A DNA stretch of 64,000 nt, taken from assembly GCA_020250125.1 (NCBI GenBank), contig JADCEL010000073.1, positions 1,369 to 65,368 on the forward strand. Direction: 5' to 3'. The notes under the pieces were generated by a model, which saw only the letters and a list, made by a program, of their open reading frames with translations, made no database searches and was not told where the DNA came from. A program made the translations under genes and the position numbers. Shown here piece after piece: positions 12,166-22,621 of the stretch. This DNA is from Rhodobacter sp. GTDB taxonomy: Bacteria; Pseudomonadota; Alphaproteobacteria; Rhodobacterales; Rhodobacteraceae. Every line of letters starts with the position of its first letter. The first letter of the stretch is position 1.

Positions 12166-12375
12166 ATGGAAACCTACAGCCTGCTGCGCGAATTCGCCGA
12201 CAGCTGGATGCTTCTGGCCCTGACGGTTGTTTTCGTTCTGGTCATCTTCTGGGCCTGGCGGCCCGGAAGCCGGGCCATGCATGACGATGCCGCCAACAGC
12301 ATCTTCCGGCATGATGCCAGCCCCGCGCGCGATACCCAAACGGCCCACAGACCGTCGAAGGAGCTTTCGAAATGA
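12166..12375 (+). CDS. ccoQ: cbb3-type oxidase subunit CcoQ
   Basis: [14 protein letters not shown] plus one TM helix; lies between ccoO and ccoP. Confidence 0.95.
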   Translation: METYSLLREFADSWMLLALTVVFVLVIFWAWRPGSRAMHDDAANSIFRHDASPARDTQTAHRPSKELSK

Positions 12376-13250
12376 GTGAACGCAACCTCACCCGCAAACC
12401 CGGCGAGGTGGAAACCACGGGCCATGAATGGGACGGGATCGAAGAGCTGAACAACCCCCTGCCGCGCTGGTGGCTGTGGACCTTCTACGCAACGATCCTC
12501 TGGGCACTGATCTACACCATCCTGTTTCCGGCCTGGCCGCTGATCAGCGGCGCGACACCGGGTGTGCTTGGGTTTTCGACCCGCGCCAATGTCGCGGCCG
12601 AGATTGCGCGCTTCGAGGCGGCGAACGCGCCGATGCGCGACAGGCTGGTGGCGGCGGATCTGGCCACAATCAAGGACGATCCCGAACTGCTGCAATTCGC
12701 CACCTCTGCCGGGGCGGCGGTGTTCCGGACCAACTGTTCGCAATGCCACGGGTCCGGCGCTGCCGGCGTGCAGGCCAGCGGCTATCCCAACCTTCTGGAC
12801 GACGACTGGATCTGGGGCGGTGCGATGGAGGATATCCACACCACCATCACGCATGGCATCCGCAACACCACCGATGACCAGGCACGCTATTCCCAGATGC
12901 CTGCCTTCGGTGTGGACGGGCTGCTGGAACCGGCGCAGATCGACGCCGTGGTGCAGCATGTGCTTGCCATTTCGGGGCAAGAGCATGATGCGGCCCTGGC
13001 CGCCGAAGGTGCGACCGTCTTCGCCGAGAACTGCGCGGCCTGCCATACCGAAGCCGGAACAGGCGACCGGGCCCTGGGCGCGCCCAATCTGACAGACGCG
13101 ATCTGGCTTTATGGCGGCACGGCGGCGGACCTGACCTATACCGTGACCAATGCCCGCTTTGGCGTGATGCCGAACTGGAACACCCGGCTGAGCGAGGCCG
13201 AAATCCGGTCGGTTGCGCTTTATGTCCACAGTCTGGGCGGCGGCGAGTGA
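12372..13250 (+). CDS. ccoP: cbb3-type oxidase subunit III (diheme)
   Basis: [20 protein letters not shown]; CSQCH and CAACH. Confidence 0.98.
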   Translation: MSERNLTRKPGEVETTGHEWDGIEELNNPLPRWWLWTFYATILWALIYTILFPAWPLISGATPGVLGFSTRANVAAEIARFEAANAPMRDRLVAADLATIKDDPELLQFATSAGAAVFRTNCSQCHGSGAAGVQASGYPNLLDDDWIWGGAMEDIHTTITHGIRNTTDDQARYSQMPAFGVDGLLEPAQIDAVVQHVLAISGQEHDAALAAEGATVFAENCAACHTEAGTGDRALGAPNLTDAIWLYGGTAADLTYTVTNARFGVMPNWNTRLSEAEIRSVALYVHSLGGGE

Positions 13251-13407
13251 TGGCGCATTGGCGAAATCCCGAACACTGCCACCGGCCATCCCGAACGGTC
13301 CGCGCGGATCGGGGGGTGGCCGGGACTGATCTGATGCGTGCGCAGTGGCGGTCCGGGCTTGCCCCTGGTCGGGCATCCCGGCAAAGATGACCCTTGGAAA
13401 CCTGCTT

Positions 13408-13421
13408 TTGATCCAGGTCAT
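13408..13421. promoter_or_regulatory. degenerate FNR box upstream of ccoGHIS
   Basis: TTGAT-CCAG-GTCAT, about 60 bp before the ccoG start. Confidence 0.6.
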
Positions 13422-13481
13422 GGCCGTGTCGCCCGAATGGGCTGACAGGAAAACACCAACCGGTTGCCATCGGAGAATGCT

Positions 13482-14939
13482 GTGACGTCCCAAGACAGTC
13501 CGCCAGAAGCCCTGTATGCCGCACGGGAGCCGGTGTTCCCCCGCCGGGTGAAGGGCAATTTCCGCACGCTGAAGTGGTGGATCATGGCGGTGACGCTGGG
13601 CATCTACTATGTCACGCCCTGGCTGCGCTGGGACCGCGGGCCGAACCTGCCGGATCAGGCCGTGCTGGTTGACATGGCCGGGCGCCGCTTTTTCTTCTTC
13701 ATGATCGAAATCTGGCCGCATGAGTTCTACTTTGTGGCCGGTCTCTTGATCATGGCGGGCCTGGGGCTGTTCCTGTTCACCTCGGCGCTGGGCCGGGTGT
13801 GGTGCGGCTATGCCTGCCCGCAAACGGTCTGGACCGACCTGTTCATTCTGGTGGAACGCTGGATCGAGGGCGACCGCAACGCGCGCATCCGCCTGCACCG
13901 CCAGAAATGGGACATGGAAAAGCTGCGCAAGCGGGCGGTCAAATGGACGGTCTGGTTCCTGATCGGGCTGGCGACCGGCGGGGCCTGGATATTCTACTTC
14001 ACCGATGCGCCCACCCTGCTGGGCCAGCTTCTGACCTTCAGCGCCCCGCCCGTTGCCTATATCACGATGTTCATCCTGACGATGACGACCTTTGTCTTCG
14101 GCGGGTTCGCGCGGGAACAGATCTGCATCTATGCCTGCCCCTGGCCGCGCATCCAGGCGGCGATGCTGGACGAGGATTCGATCACGGTCGCCTACCGCGA
14201 CTGGCGGGGAGAGCCGCGCGGCAAGCTGAAACATGGCGAACCCGTGGCCGACGGGCAGGGCGACTGCATTGATTGCATGGCCTGCGTCAACGTCTGCCCG
14301 ATGGGGATCGACATCCGCAACGGCCAGCAACTGGCCTGCATCACCTGTGCGCTCTGCATCGATGCCTGCAATGACGTGATGGACAAGGTCGGCAAGCCGC
14401 GTGGCCTGATCGGTTATCTTGCACTGACAGACGAAGCCCTGGAACGTGCGGGCAATCCGCCAAAGTCGGTCTGGGCGCATGTGTTCCGCGTTCGGACCAT
14501 GCTTTACACGCTGCTTTGGGCGACCGTCGGGATTGCCCTGGTCGTGGCGCTGTTCCTGCGCACCGAGATTGACGTCAACGTGACACCGGTTCGCAACCCG
14601 ACCTTTGTGACACTGTCGGACGGGTCCATCCGCAATGCCTATGATTTCCGCCTGCTGAACAAGCATGGCGAAGACCGCGACTTTTACATCTCGGTGACAT
14701 CGGACGCGGCGATGCGCGTGTCGCTGGAAGGCACGACAGAGCTGCGCGTGACCGTGCCGGCCAACCAGACCAAGACGCAGCGGGTGTATCTGACCGCCGA
14801 ACCGGGCAGCCCGGCCGCCAATGACGAGCGCACCGATGTCACGTTCTGGGTGGAAGACCGCGTTTCCAACGAACGTGTCTCGCACAGGACAATCTTCAAC
14901 GGACTGGACCGGGAAGAACCCGAACAGAAGGACGACTGA
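13482..14939 (+). CDS. ccoG: cbb3 assembly ferredoxin/cupric reductase CcoG (RdxB/FixG)
   Basis: GRVWCGYACPQT, CIDCMACVNVCP, CITCALCIDAC; GGAG before GTG 13482. Confidence 0.95.
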   Translation: MTSQDSPPEALYAAREPVFPRRVKGNFRTLKWWIMAVTLGIYYVTPWLRWDRGPNLPDQAVLVDMAGRRFFFFMIEIWPHEFYFVAGLLIMAGLGLFLFTSALGRVWCGYACPQTVWTDLFILVERWIEGDRNARIRLHRQKWDMEKLRKRAVKWTVWFLIGLATGGAWIFYFTDAPTLLGQLLTFSAPPVAYITMFILTMTTFVFGGFAREQICIYACPWPRIQAAMLDEDSITVAYRDWRGEPRGKLKHGEPVADGQGDCIDCMACVNVCPMGIDIRNGQQLACITCALCIDACNDVMDKVGKPRGLIGYLALTDEALERAGNPPKSVWAHVFRVRTMLYTLLWATVGIALVVALFLRTEIDVNVTPVRNPTFVTLSDGSIRNAYDFRLLNKHGEDRDFYISVTSDAAMRVSLEGTTELRVTVPANQTKTQRVYLTAEPGSPAANDERTDVTFWVEDRVSNERVSHRTIFNGLDREEPEQKDD

Positions 14940-14940
14940 C

Positions 14941-15399
14941 ATGGCAGAAATGACCGGGCGCAAGGTGCTTGTCATCACCGTCTCCGCCTTTGGCGTGATC
15001 ATCGCGGTGAACTTTCTGCTGGCTTACAAGGCCATTTCAACCTTTCCGGGTCTGGAAGTTCCGAATTCCTACGTGGCCAGCCAGACTTTCGATGCGGACC
15101 GCGCGGCGCAGCTGGCCCTGGGATGGTCGCTGGCGGCGGACTATGACCGCAGGGGCCAGGTTCTGGAGCTGGTGTTCACGGATGCCAGGGGTGCGCCCGC
15201 CCCGGTGGGTGACCTTTCGGTGCTGGTCGGCCGGCCGACCGAAGCCCGCAACGACAGCTATCCGGTGTTTGTCAAGGATAACGGAGCCTTCCGCGCCCCG
15301 CTGGCCCTGAACCCCGGCAAATGGATGCTGAAGGTAGAGGCCCGTGCGCCCGACGGGACGCGGTTCTTCCGGCGGCTTGATCTGTTCGTAAAGGGGTGA
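14941..15399 (+). CDS. ccoH: CcoH/FixH assembly protein
   Basis: TGRKVL..FGVIIAVN..TFPGLEV.NSYVASQ.F; operon position. Confidence 0.9.
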   Translation: MAEMTGRKVLVITVSAFGVIIAVNFLLAYKAISTFPGLEVPNSYVASQTFDADRAAQLALGWSLAADYDRRGQVLELVFTDARGAPAPVGDLSVLVGRPTEARNDSYPVFVKDNGAFRAPLALNPGKWMLKVEARAPDGTRFFRRLDLFVKG

Positions 15400-15403
15400 T
15401 GCG

Positions 15404-17584
15404 ATGACGGCGCTGCCACGGCTGGAAACGACGCCCTCTGCCTGCCCGGCCTGCGCGGTTGTCCCGTCCGCCCAGCGGCTGGCGGCGATGTCAGTGGCGG
15501 CAGGCGGGCGCATCATGCTGTCACTGCCCGGCGTGCATTGCGCGGCCTGCATTTCCACGGTCGAAGGCGGTCTGGCCAGCCTTCCGGGCGTCCGGTCCGC
15601 GCGGGTGAACCTGACGCTGCGGCGTGTCAGCGTGGATGCCGAACCGGCCGTCTTGACCGAAACGCTGATCCTGGCGCTCAATCTCCTGGGGTACGAGGCG
15701 CACGAGCTTGACGCCGGGCTGCTGTCTGCCACCGAGACCGACCGGCAGGGGCGCGACCTGCTGATGCGGCTTGGCGTCGCCGGATTTTCGATGATGAACG
15801 TGATGCTGCTGTCGGTTGCCGTCTGGTCCGGGGCGGAAGACGCGACGCGCGACATGTTCCACTGGATTTCCGCCGCCATCGCCATTCCGACCGTGATCTT
15901 TGCCGGGCAGCCGTTCTTCCGCTCGGCCTGGACGGCGCTGAAGGCGGGGCGGCTGGGCATGGATGTACCGATTTCCCTTGCCATCATCCTGGCCTCTTCG
16001 ATCTCGCTTTATGAAACGACGAAGGGCGGGCATCACGCCTATTTCGATGCCGCCGTGATGCTGACCTTCTTCCTGCTCGCAGGGCGTTACCTGGACCACC
16101 GCACGCGCGCGGTTGCCCGGTCTGCCGCCGAAGAGCTGGCCGCCCTGGAGGTGCCGCGCGCCATTGTGCTGCGCGACGGAACCGAACAGGTTCTGCCGGT
16201 TTCCGGGGTTTCGGTGGGCGATCTTGTGCTGGTGCGGCCGGGCGGGCGGATGCCTGTCGATGGCATCGTGACCGAAGGCAGCAGCGAGGTGGACCGGTCC
16301 CTGCTGACCGGGGAAAGCCTGCCGGTCTATGCCGGGCCGGGCACGGTGATCAGCGCGGGCGAGGTCAATCTGACCGGCCTGCTGACGCTGCGGGTGTCTG
16401 CGGCGGGCAAGGATTCCTCCTTGCACCGCATGGCCGATCTGGTGGCAGTCGCCGAAAGTGCCAAGACCCGCTACACCTCGCTGGCCGACCGGGCGGCGCG
16501 GCTTTATTCGCCGGGCGTTCATCTTCTGTCCTTCGGGGCCTTCGCCGCCTGGATGTGGATCACCGGCGGGGATATCCGCTTTGCCATCAACATCTCTGCC
16601 GCCGTGCTGATCATCACCTGCCCCTGCGCGCTGGGGCTGGCGGTGCCTGCGGTGGTGACGGCCGCCAGCGGCAAGCTGTTCCGCAAGGGTCTGCTGATCA
16701 AGCATGGCACCGCGCTGGAGCGTCTGGCCGAGGTTGACACCGTGGTCTTCGACAAGACCGGCACCCTGACCCTGGGCATGCCCGAGCCGACCAACCTGCA
16801 GGATCATCCGGTCGAGGTGCGGGCCGTTGCGGTTGCCCTGGCCCGCGCATCGTCGCATCCGCTTGCCATGGCGCTGGCTGCGGCCGGCGGCGGGGCGGCC
16901 GGGGTCAGCGGGATTGTCGAGGTGCCGGGATACGGCATCGAAGGGCAGTGGCGCGGCCGCCGCGTAAGGCTGGGCCGTGCAGGCTGGACCGGGGCCGAAC
17001 CCCTGGACGTGACCGCGACCTATCTGTCGCTGGGCGCGGCCAGCCATGCGTTCACCTTTGCCGACCGCCTGCGTCCGGGGGCCGAAGCTGCGGTTCAGGC
17101 ACTTGCCGCACAGGGCAAGAAAGTGCTGCTGATTTCTGGCGACGCCGAAGGTGCCGTGCGCGATCTGGCGCAGCGCCTGGGGATCACCGGCTGGACCGCC
17201 GGTGCCTTGCCTGCGGAAAAGGCGGCGGCGGTGGCGCAGCTTTCCGCGCAGGGGCACCGCGTGCTGATGGTGGGCGACGGGCTGAACGATACGGCAGCAC
17301 TGGCGGCGGCACATGTTTCGATCTCGCCCGCCTCGGCGCTGGATGCGGCGCGGGTGGCATCGGATATCGTGCTGCTGGGCCAGGACATGGCCCCGATCGG
17401 TGACGCCACCCGGATTGCCGCGCAGGCGACCCGGCGGATCAAGGAAAACTTCGCGATCTCGATCCTTTACAATGTGGTTGCTGTTCCGGTTGCCCTGGTC
17501 GGGCTGGCAACGCCGCTGGCTGCGGCGCTGGCGATGTCGCTGTCATCAATCACGGTTTCGCTGAATGCGCTGAGGCTGAAATGA
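15404..17584 (+). CDS. ccoI: Cu-translocating P1B ATPase CcoI/FixI
   Basis: CPAC and CAAC metal motifs, TGES, CPC, DKTGT, GDGLND. Confidence 0.95.
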   Translation: MTALPRLETTPSACPACAVVPSAQRLAAMSVAAGGRIMLSLPGVHCAACISTVEGGLASLPGVRSARVNLTLRRVSVDAEPAVLTETLILALNLLGYEAHELDAGLLSATETDRQGRDLLMRLGVAGFSMMNVMLLSVAVWSGAEDATRDMFHWISAAIAIPTVIFAGQPFFRSAWTALKAGRLGMDVPISLAIILASSISLYETTKGGHHAYFDAAVMLTFFLLAGRYLDHRTRAVARSAAEELAALEVPRAIVLRDGTEQVLPVSGVSVGDLVLVRPGGRMPVDGIVTEGSSEVDRSLLTGESLPVYAGPGTVISAGEVNLTGLLTLRVSAAGKDSSLHRMADLVAVAESAKTRYTSLADRAARLYSPGVHLLSFGAFAAWMWITGGDIRFAINISAAVLIITCPCALGLAVPAVVTAASGKLFRKGLLIKHGTALERLAEVDTVVFDKTGTLTLGMPEPTNLQDHPVEVRAVAVALARASSHPLAMALAAAGGGAAGVSGIVEVPGYGIEGQWRGRRVRLGRAGWTGAEPLDVTATYLSLGAASHAFTFADRLRPGAEAAVQALAAQGKKVLLISGDAEGAVRDLAQRLGITGWTAGALPAEKAAAVAQLSAQGHRVLMVGDGLNDTAALAAAHVSISPASALDAARVASDIVLLGQDMAPIGDATRIAAQATRRIKENFAISILYNVVAVPVALVGLATPLAAALAMSLSSITVSLNALRLK

Positions 17585-17739
17585 CGATCCTGGGTATCCT
17601 CATTCCCGTATCGCTGTTTCTGGGCGGCATCGGGCTTGCCGCCTTTTTCTGGTCGCTGAAAAACCGCCAGTACGAAGACCCCCAGGGCGATGCCAGCCGC
17701 ATCCTGACCAAGGATTGGGACGACCGGCCAAAACCCTGA
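17581..17739 (+). CDS. ccoS: cbb3 maturation protein CcoS/FixS (52 aa, absent from the ORF track)
   Basis: hand translation MTILGILIPVSLFLGGIGLAAFFWSLKNRQYEDPQGDASRILTKDWDDRPKP; ATGA overlap with ccoI. Confidence 0.93.
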   Translation: MTILGILIPVSLFLGGIGLAAFFWSLKNRQYEDPQGDASRILTKDWDDRPKP

Positions 17740-17811
17740 CGGTCCCTTCGCCGGAAAAGGGCTGTCTTGGGGCAAGGGCGGGCTGTGTCGGGGCGGGAAT
17801 GCCGAAGCCGG

Positions 17812-19419
17812 TCAAGGACCCATCGTGAAGCATTGTACGGCCCGCGCCTGAAGGCGGCGGCAGGCAAGGTCTGCCTGATCCTGCGTCAGCCCGACGAAGT
17901 TCGCGTCATACCCGCCGCCGCGTTCCACCACCTTGCGCAACCCGTCGTTCAGTGTGGCCGTTTCCGCAAGGGCGGTTCGCAGCAACTGCCGTTCCGCCCC
18001 GGCGCGCGACGGGTAGCGGCCCACGTTGATGCCCCAATGCCTGCCGCCGGACGTGCTGATCCGGGTGACGAGTTCGGGCGGTTGCTGCAATGCCTCCGCA
18101 ACCGGAGCGGCATCGGCAAACATTTCTTCCGGGCGCGGACGCGGTGCTGCTGAAACCGGTGGCGAAACCGGGGGAGCCGCCTCCATTGCCTTTGCCACGG
18201 CGGGGGCGGCGGGTTCAGCGACGGGTGCAGGCACCGGCTTTGTGATGGCACCTGCCGGTTCGGCATCGGCCAGTGCCACCGCCTGATCTGCCGTTGCCGG
18301 CATCGCCTGCGGTTCGGCAAGCACAGGCATTGCCGGGGCATCGGTGCTGTCTGCCGCCGCCACCCTGGCATCGGTGGCCTCTGCGGTTGCTTCGGCCAGC
18401 GCGCCGGCGATCCCGTCCTGCATGGCGATGATCAGGTCTTCCGGCGGCGGCGTCAGGTCCGGGCGCGATCTGGGGCGCGGTGATTTCGCCACAGCCATCA
18501 CAAGGAGGATCGTCTTGCCTGCGCCGGCTTCCTTCATTTCGGCATCCGCCACCGCATCGTAATCCGGTGCCGCCGGTTTCTGGACAACGACAGTCGCCGG
18601 AGCTTCTCCGAATCCGATATCCAGCAGTTCGGCCATCTTTGCGTTGCGATGGGCGGTCGATTTTCCGCCCAGCACGGTTGCGATGATCCGTTTGCCGCCG
18701 CGTTCCGCCGAAGCGGTCAGGCTGAAGCCTGCCGGGTTGGTATAGCCGGTCTTGATGCCGTCGGCACCCTTGTAGCTGTCCAGGAAGCGGCGGTTCGTGT
18801 TGTTCACCGTCGTAATCCCGGCGTCTGTCGACCGGCGCGAGAAGATGTTGTAATACTGCGGAAAATCGTAGAACAGCCGACGCCCCAGAACGGTCATGTC
18901 GCGGGCGGTGGACAGATGCCCCGCCTGGGTCAGGCCATTGGCATTCTTGAAGGTGGACTTCTTCATGCCGATGGCCTTGGCGGTGCGGTTCATGCGTTTC
19001 GAAAACGCCTGTTCACTGCCGCTGATGGCCTCGCCGATGGCGGTTGCGGCGTCATTGGCGGATTTCACGGCGGCTGCCCGGATCAGATAGCGCAACTGAA
19101 TCCTCTGCCCCGCCTTCAGGCCAAGCTTCGATGGCGGTTCGGCAGCAGCGTGTTTCGAGATCTTGACCATTGTATCAAGCGAAATCTCGCCGCGTTCGAT
19201 GGCTTCGAACGCGATGTAAAGGGTCAGCATCTTGGTCAGCGAGGCCGGATGCAGGCGGGTCTCGGAATTGGTTTCATACAGCACTTCGCCCGTCCGCGCA
19301 TCCATCACCAGGGCGGCATAGGGCGCGGCCTGAACGGAGCCGGAAAAACCGGCGTTGACAGCAAGTGTCACTGCCACGACCAAGATAACGGCAAAAGCCC
19401 GCCACAGACGCGATGTCAC
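17812..19419 (-). CDS. D-alanyl-D-alanine carboxypeptidase (S11) with Pro/Ala linker and C-terminal SPOR-like domain
   Basis: SLTK (SxxK), SAN, KTG motifs; signal-like N-terminus from GTG 19419 (start uncertain). Confidence 0.85.
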   Translation of the reverse strand: MTSRLWRAFAVILVVAVTLAVNAGFSGSVQAAPYAALVMDARTGEVLYETNSETRLHPASLTKMLTLYIAFEAIERGEISLDTMVKISKHAAAEPPSKLGLKAGQRIQLRYLIRAAAVKSANDAATAIGEAISGSEQAFSKRMNRTAKAIGMKKSTFKNANGLTQAGHLSTARDMTVLGRRLFYDFPQYYNIFSRRSTDAGITTVNNTNRRFLDSYKGADGIKTGYTNPAGFSLTASAERGGKRIIATVLGGKSTAHRNAKMAELLDIGFGEAPATVVVQKPAAPDYDAVADAEMKEAGAGKTILLVMAVAKSPRPRSRPDLTPPPEDLIIAMQDGIAGALAEATAEATDARVAAADSTDAPAMPVLAEPQAMPATADQAVALADAEPAGAITKPVPAPVAEPAAPAVAKAMEAAPPVSPPVSAAPRPRPEEMFADAAPVAEALQQPPELVTRISTSGGRHWGINVGRYPSRAGAERQLLRTALAETATLNDGLRKVVERGGGYDANFVGLTQDQADLACRRLQARAVQCFTMGP

Positions 19420-19605
19420 GTCGATTGTCCTTACCTGCCTCTGGTGCCCCGGTTTTTTCTTGGGGCTTTCACTGCTTCGCAGACAGGTTAGCACAGGGTT
19501 CCATCTGCGAAAACCCCTTTGTGTCAAAGGGTTTTGCGAACTGTCTCACAAATGCCGATGTGCAGATATGGCAGGACCGCCAGCATGGGCCGCAAGATGC
19601 AGTAG

Positions 19606-20304
19606 CTAGCCGTCCAGCATCGACACAAGCGGGACAAGCGCGCCAAGGCCGGGCAACGCGCGGTATCGGGGATGGCCGTTGGGCGGGTCGGCGGCATCAA
19701 GTGCCCAAGGGACACCGCTGGGCACATGAATCCCCCAGGCACCGGCTTCGATTGCGGGCAGGACATCGGATTTCAGAGAGTTTCCGACCATCATCGCCTG
19801 CGCCGCGCCGGTTCCGTGCCGGGCAAAGGCGCGGGCATAGACCGACGCGGTCTTGTCCGATACAACCTCCACCGCATAGAACATGTCCCCCAGGCCGGAC
19901 TGGGCCAGCTTTCTGTCCTGATCCATCAGGTCGCCCTTGGTGATCAGCAGGATCCTGTGGGTCTGGGCCAGCGCCGTCACCGCAGCGCGGGCATCGGGCA
20001 GAAGGTCGATCGGATGCGACAGCATCTCGCGGCCCGCAGCGATGATGTCGCTGATGACCGTGGCCGGCACGCGCCCTTGCGTCACCTCGATGGCTGTTTC
20101 GATCATGGACAGCACGAAGCCCTTCACGCCAAAGCCGTAATGCCCCAGATTGCGCCGCTCTGCCTCCAGAAGGCGCTCCAGCAGGTGGTCAGGGTCTGCA
20201 TGATCGGCAAGCAGGCGGGCAAAATGGCCTTGGGTCATCCGGAAATAGGTTTCGTGATGCCACAGCGTATCGTCTGCATCGAAACCGATGGTCGTCAGTG
20301 CCAT
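19606..20304 (-). CDS. HAD-superfamily hydrolase
   Basis: FDADDTLW motif I, TKGD, MVGNSLKSD. Confidence 0.85.
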   Translation of the reverse strand: MALTTIGFDADDTLWHHETYFRMTQGHFARLLADHADPDHLLERLLEAERRNLGHYGFGVKGFVLSMIETAIEVTQGRVPATVISDIIAAGREMLSHPIDLLPDARAAVTALAQTHRILLITKGDLMDQDRKLAQSGLGDMFYAVEVVSDKTASVYARAFARHGTGAAQAMMVGNSLKSDVLPAIEAGAWGIHVPSGVPWALDAADPPNGHPRYRALPGLGALVPLVSMLDG

Positions 20305-20459
20305 GTGCCATCCTCATCATCCGGACAGTTCTTGCGTGCAGAGGCCGGTCTTGCAAGCGCCCTGCGGCCCCCTTTTCGTTTCGGGCCGTTCCGCTATATA
20401 GTCCTATTCCGTAAACCGAGTCTGACCGGGAGCCTGCCTTGACGCGTCGCCCTTTCCTC

Positions 20460-20780
20460 ATGTCGGGAAAGACCAGTGGAAATGACGGGGAAACCTCTGT
20501 CATCACCAAGACACGTTCGAGGACCGAGCGTCCCCCCCTGTACAAGGTCATGCTTCTGAACGACGATTACACACCGATGGAGTTCGTCGTGCATGTGCTG
20601 GAAAGGTTTTTCGGCCTGACCCATGCGCAGGCGTTCGAGATCATGCTGACGGTGCACAAGAAGGGGCTGGCGGTGGTCGGCGTGTTTTCCTTCGAGGTGG
20701 CGGAAACCAAGGTGGCCCAGGTGATGGATTTTGCCCGTCGCCACCAGCATCCGCTGCAATGCACGATGGAAAAGGAATAA
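20460..20780 (+). CDS. clpS: ATP-dependent Clp protease adaptor ClpS
   Basis: [17 protein letters not shown]...[12 protein letters not shown]; start may be TTG 20439 or ATG 20460. Confidence 0.95.
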   Translation: MSGKTSGNDGETSVITKTRSRTERPPLYKVMLLNDDYTPMEFVVHVLERFFGLTHAQAFEIMLTVHKKGLAVVGVFSFEVAETKVAQVMDFARRHQHPLQCTMEKE

Positions 20781-20798
20781 GGCCGCCTGCGGCCGCCC

Positions 20799-21791
20799 AT
20801 GCGATCTGCACGCCTGACCCTTGCCTTGGACAGTGGCGCGATCACCCTGCCGGAGACAGGAAGAATTCACGTCTTCCGGCCCCGTACCGGGGATGACCTG
20901 TCGGTCCTGCCGAAAGACAGGGTCATCATCATCACCGGATTTCGCCCGGATTACGATGCTTTTGCCGCAGCAGGCTATGCCGTGACGGTTTGCGCAACCG
21001 ACGAGGCGGCGGCCGCCCTGGTCTGCCTGCCGCGCAGCAAGGCCGGGGCCCGCGCGCTGGTGGCAGAAGCATCTGCCGGGGTTGTTCCGGGCGGGCCGGT
21101 GATCGTGGATGGACAGAAGACCGACGGGATCGATGCGATGCTGCGCGACATCCGGGCGCGGGCCGATACGTCAATCCCTGTCGCCAAGGCCCATGGACGG
21201 GTGTTTTCATTCCCCGCCGGGCCGGTGTTCAGCGACTGGGCCGGGGTCGAGACGGTGACGGAAGACGGCTTTGTCACCATGCCGGGCGTGTTTTCCGCCG
21301 ATGGTCCCGACCGTGGATCGCGTCTGCTGGCGGCGGCGCTGCCGGCCAGGCTTCCGGGCCGGATCGTTGATCTTGGTGCCGGCTGGGGGTTTCTGGCCCG
21401 TGCCATTCTGGCGCGGGACGGCGTGCGGCAGCTTGATCTGGTGGAAGCCGAGGCGGCTGCGCTGGACTGTGCCCGGCGCAATGTGACCGATCCGCGGGCG
21501 CGGTTCCACTGGGCCGATGCCGTCAGCTTCCGGCCCGAAGGTGTGATCGATGCCGTGGTCTGCAATCCGCCCTTCCATGTGACGCGGGCCGCCGAACCCG
21601 GACTGGGCGCGGCCTTTATCAGGGCCGCCGCCGCCATGCTGCCACCGGGCGGAACGCTGTGGCTCGTGGCCAACCGTCATCTTCCCTATGGCGCCGTTCT
21701 GACCGAAACCTTCCGCGAGGTGGAAGACATCGGCGGTGACGGCGCTTTTCGACTTGTACATGCGTCACGCCCCGTCCGGGCGCGCCGCTGA
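20799..21791 (+). CDS. class I SAM methyltransferase, RsmC/MTS family
   Basis: PGVFSADGPDRGS, DLGAGWG, NPPFH, VANRHLPY. Confidence 0.85.
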   Translation: MRSARLTLALDSGAITLPETGRIHVFRPRTGDDLSVLPKDRVIIITGFRPDYDAFAAAGYAVTVCATDEAAAALVCLPRSKAGARALVAEASAGVVPGGPVIVDGQKTDGIDAMLRDIRARADTSIPVAKAHGRVFSFPAGPVFSDWAGVETVTEDGFVTMPGVFSADGPDRGSRLLAAALPARLPGRIVDLGAGWGFLARAILARDGVRQLDLVEAEAAALDCARRNVTDPRARFHWADAVSFRPEGVIDAVVCNPPFHVTRAAEPGLGAAFIRAAAAMLPPGGTLWLVANRHLPYGAVLTETFREVEDIGGDGAFRLVHASRPVRARR

Positions 21792-21811
21792 TTTCCGGAC
21801 CGGGGGATCCC

Positions 21812-22618
21812 ATGTCACTTTCCATTGCGGGCAAGACCGCCATTGTCACCGGATCGGCCAACGGCATCGGCCTGGCCATCGCCCGGCATTTTCTGGACAA
21901 AGGGGCGAATGTGATGTTCGCCGACATCGACGAGGACCGGCTGGAAGATGAAATTGGCGCAGAGGCGCGCGCCGAGGGCGCGGTGCGCATGTTTGCGGGC
22001 GACCTTCGGGAAAAACTGACCATCGCCAACCTGCTGTCGGCCACGATGGATGCGTTTGACCGCGTCGACATCCTGGTGAATGCCAGCCGCCAGATGGCGC
22101 TTTCAGACCCGCTGTGCGTCGGCGATGATGCGGTCGAACAGCTGTTGCAGCAAAACCTGATCACCAGCCTGCGCCTGACCCAGATGACGGCAAAGCGGAT
22201 GATTGCCATGGCCGAGAAATCCGAAAGGACAGGGCCTGTCGGCGCCGTCGTCAACCTGTCTTCGATTGCGGCAACCCGGACGCGGCCGGAACTGCTGGGC
22301 TATTCAATTGCCAGCGCCGCGCTGGATCAGATGACACGGTCGATGGCGGTGGTGCTGGCCCCGAAGGGCATCCGGGTCAATGCGGTTGCCTTTGGCAGTG
22401 TCATGAGCGCGAGCCTGCAGGACACCCTGCAGGAAAACCCCGGATATCAGGATTTGATCACCGCCCAGACCCCGATGGGCCGGATCGCGGCGGCGTCGGA
22501 ACTGGCAGAGACCGTGCAGTTTCTGGCGTCAGACGCATCGGCCTTCATGACGGGTCAGATCGTGACCGTGGACGGCGGCCGCAGCCTGCTTGACCCGGTT
22601 CAGGTCCCGGCACACTGA
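21812..22618 (+). CDS. SDR-family oxidoreductase (atypical catalytic motif)
   Basis: TGSANGIG Rossmann motif; YSIAS in place of YxxxK; VDGG. Confidence 0.85.
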   Translation: MSLSIAGKTAIVTGSANGIGLAIARHFLDKGANVMFADIDEDRLEDEIGAEARAEGAVRMFAGDLREKLTIANLLSATMDAFDRVDILVNASRQMALSDPLCVGDDAVEQLLQQNLITSLRLTQMTAKRMIAMAEKSERTGPVGAVVNLSSIAATRTRPELLGYSIASAALDQMTRSMAVVLAPKGIRVNAVAFGSVMSASLQDTLQENPGYQDLITAQTPMGRIAAASELAETVQFLASDASAFMTGQIVTVDGGRSLLDPVQVPAH

Positions 22619-22621
22619 GCG

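Noticed and set aside
13251-13400. Possible ncRNA or repeat between ccoP and ccoG
   Set aside because: Only imperfect hairpins, no similarity to the 25/34-kb repeat family, and explainable as terminator plus promoter.
12174-15002. Very long antisense ORFs (e.g. 942 aa here; also 2334-4577, 46738-49329, 50166-52895)
   Set aside because: Shadow frames of real high-GC genes on the opposite strand, with no recognisable motifs.
20460-20780. clpS without an adjacent clpA as an anomaly
   Set aside because: To my knowledge, separation of clpS from clpA is common in this family.
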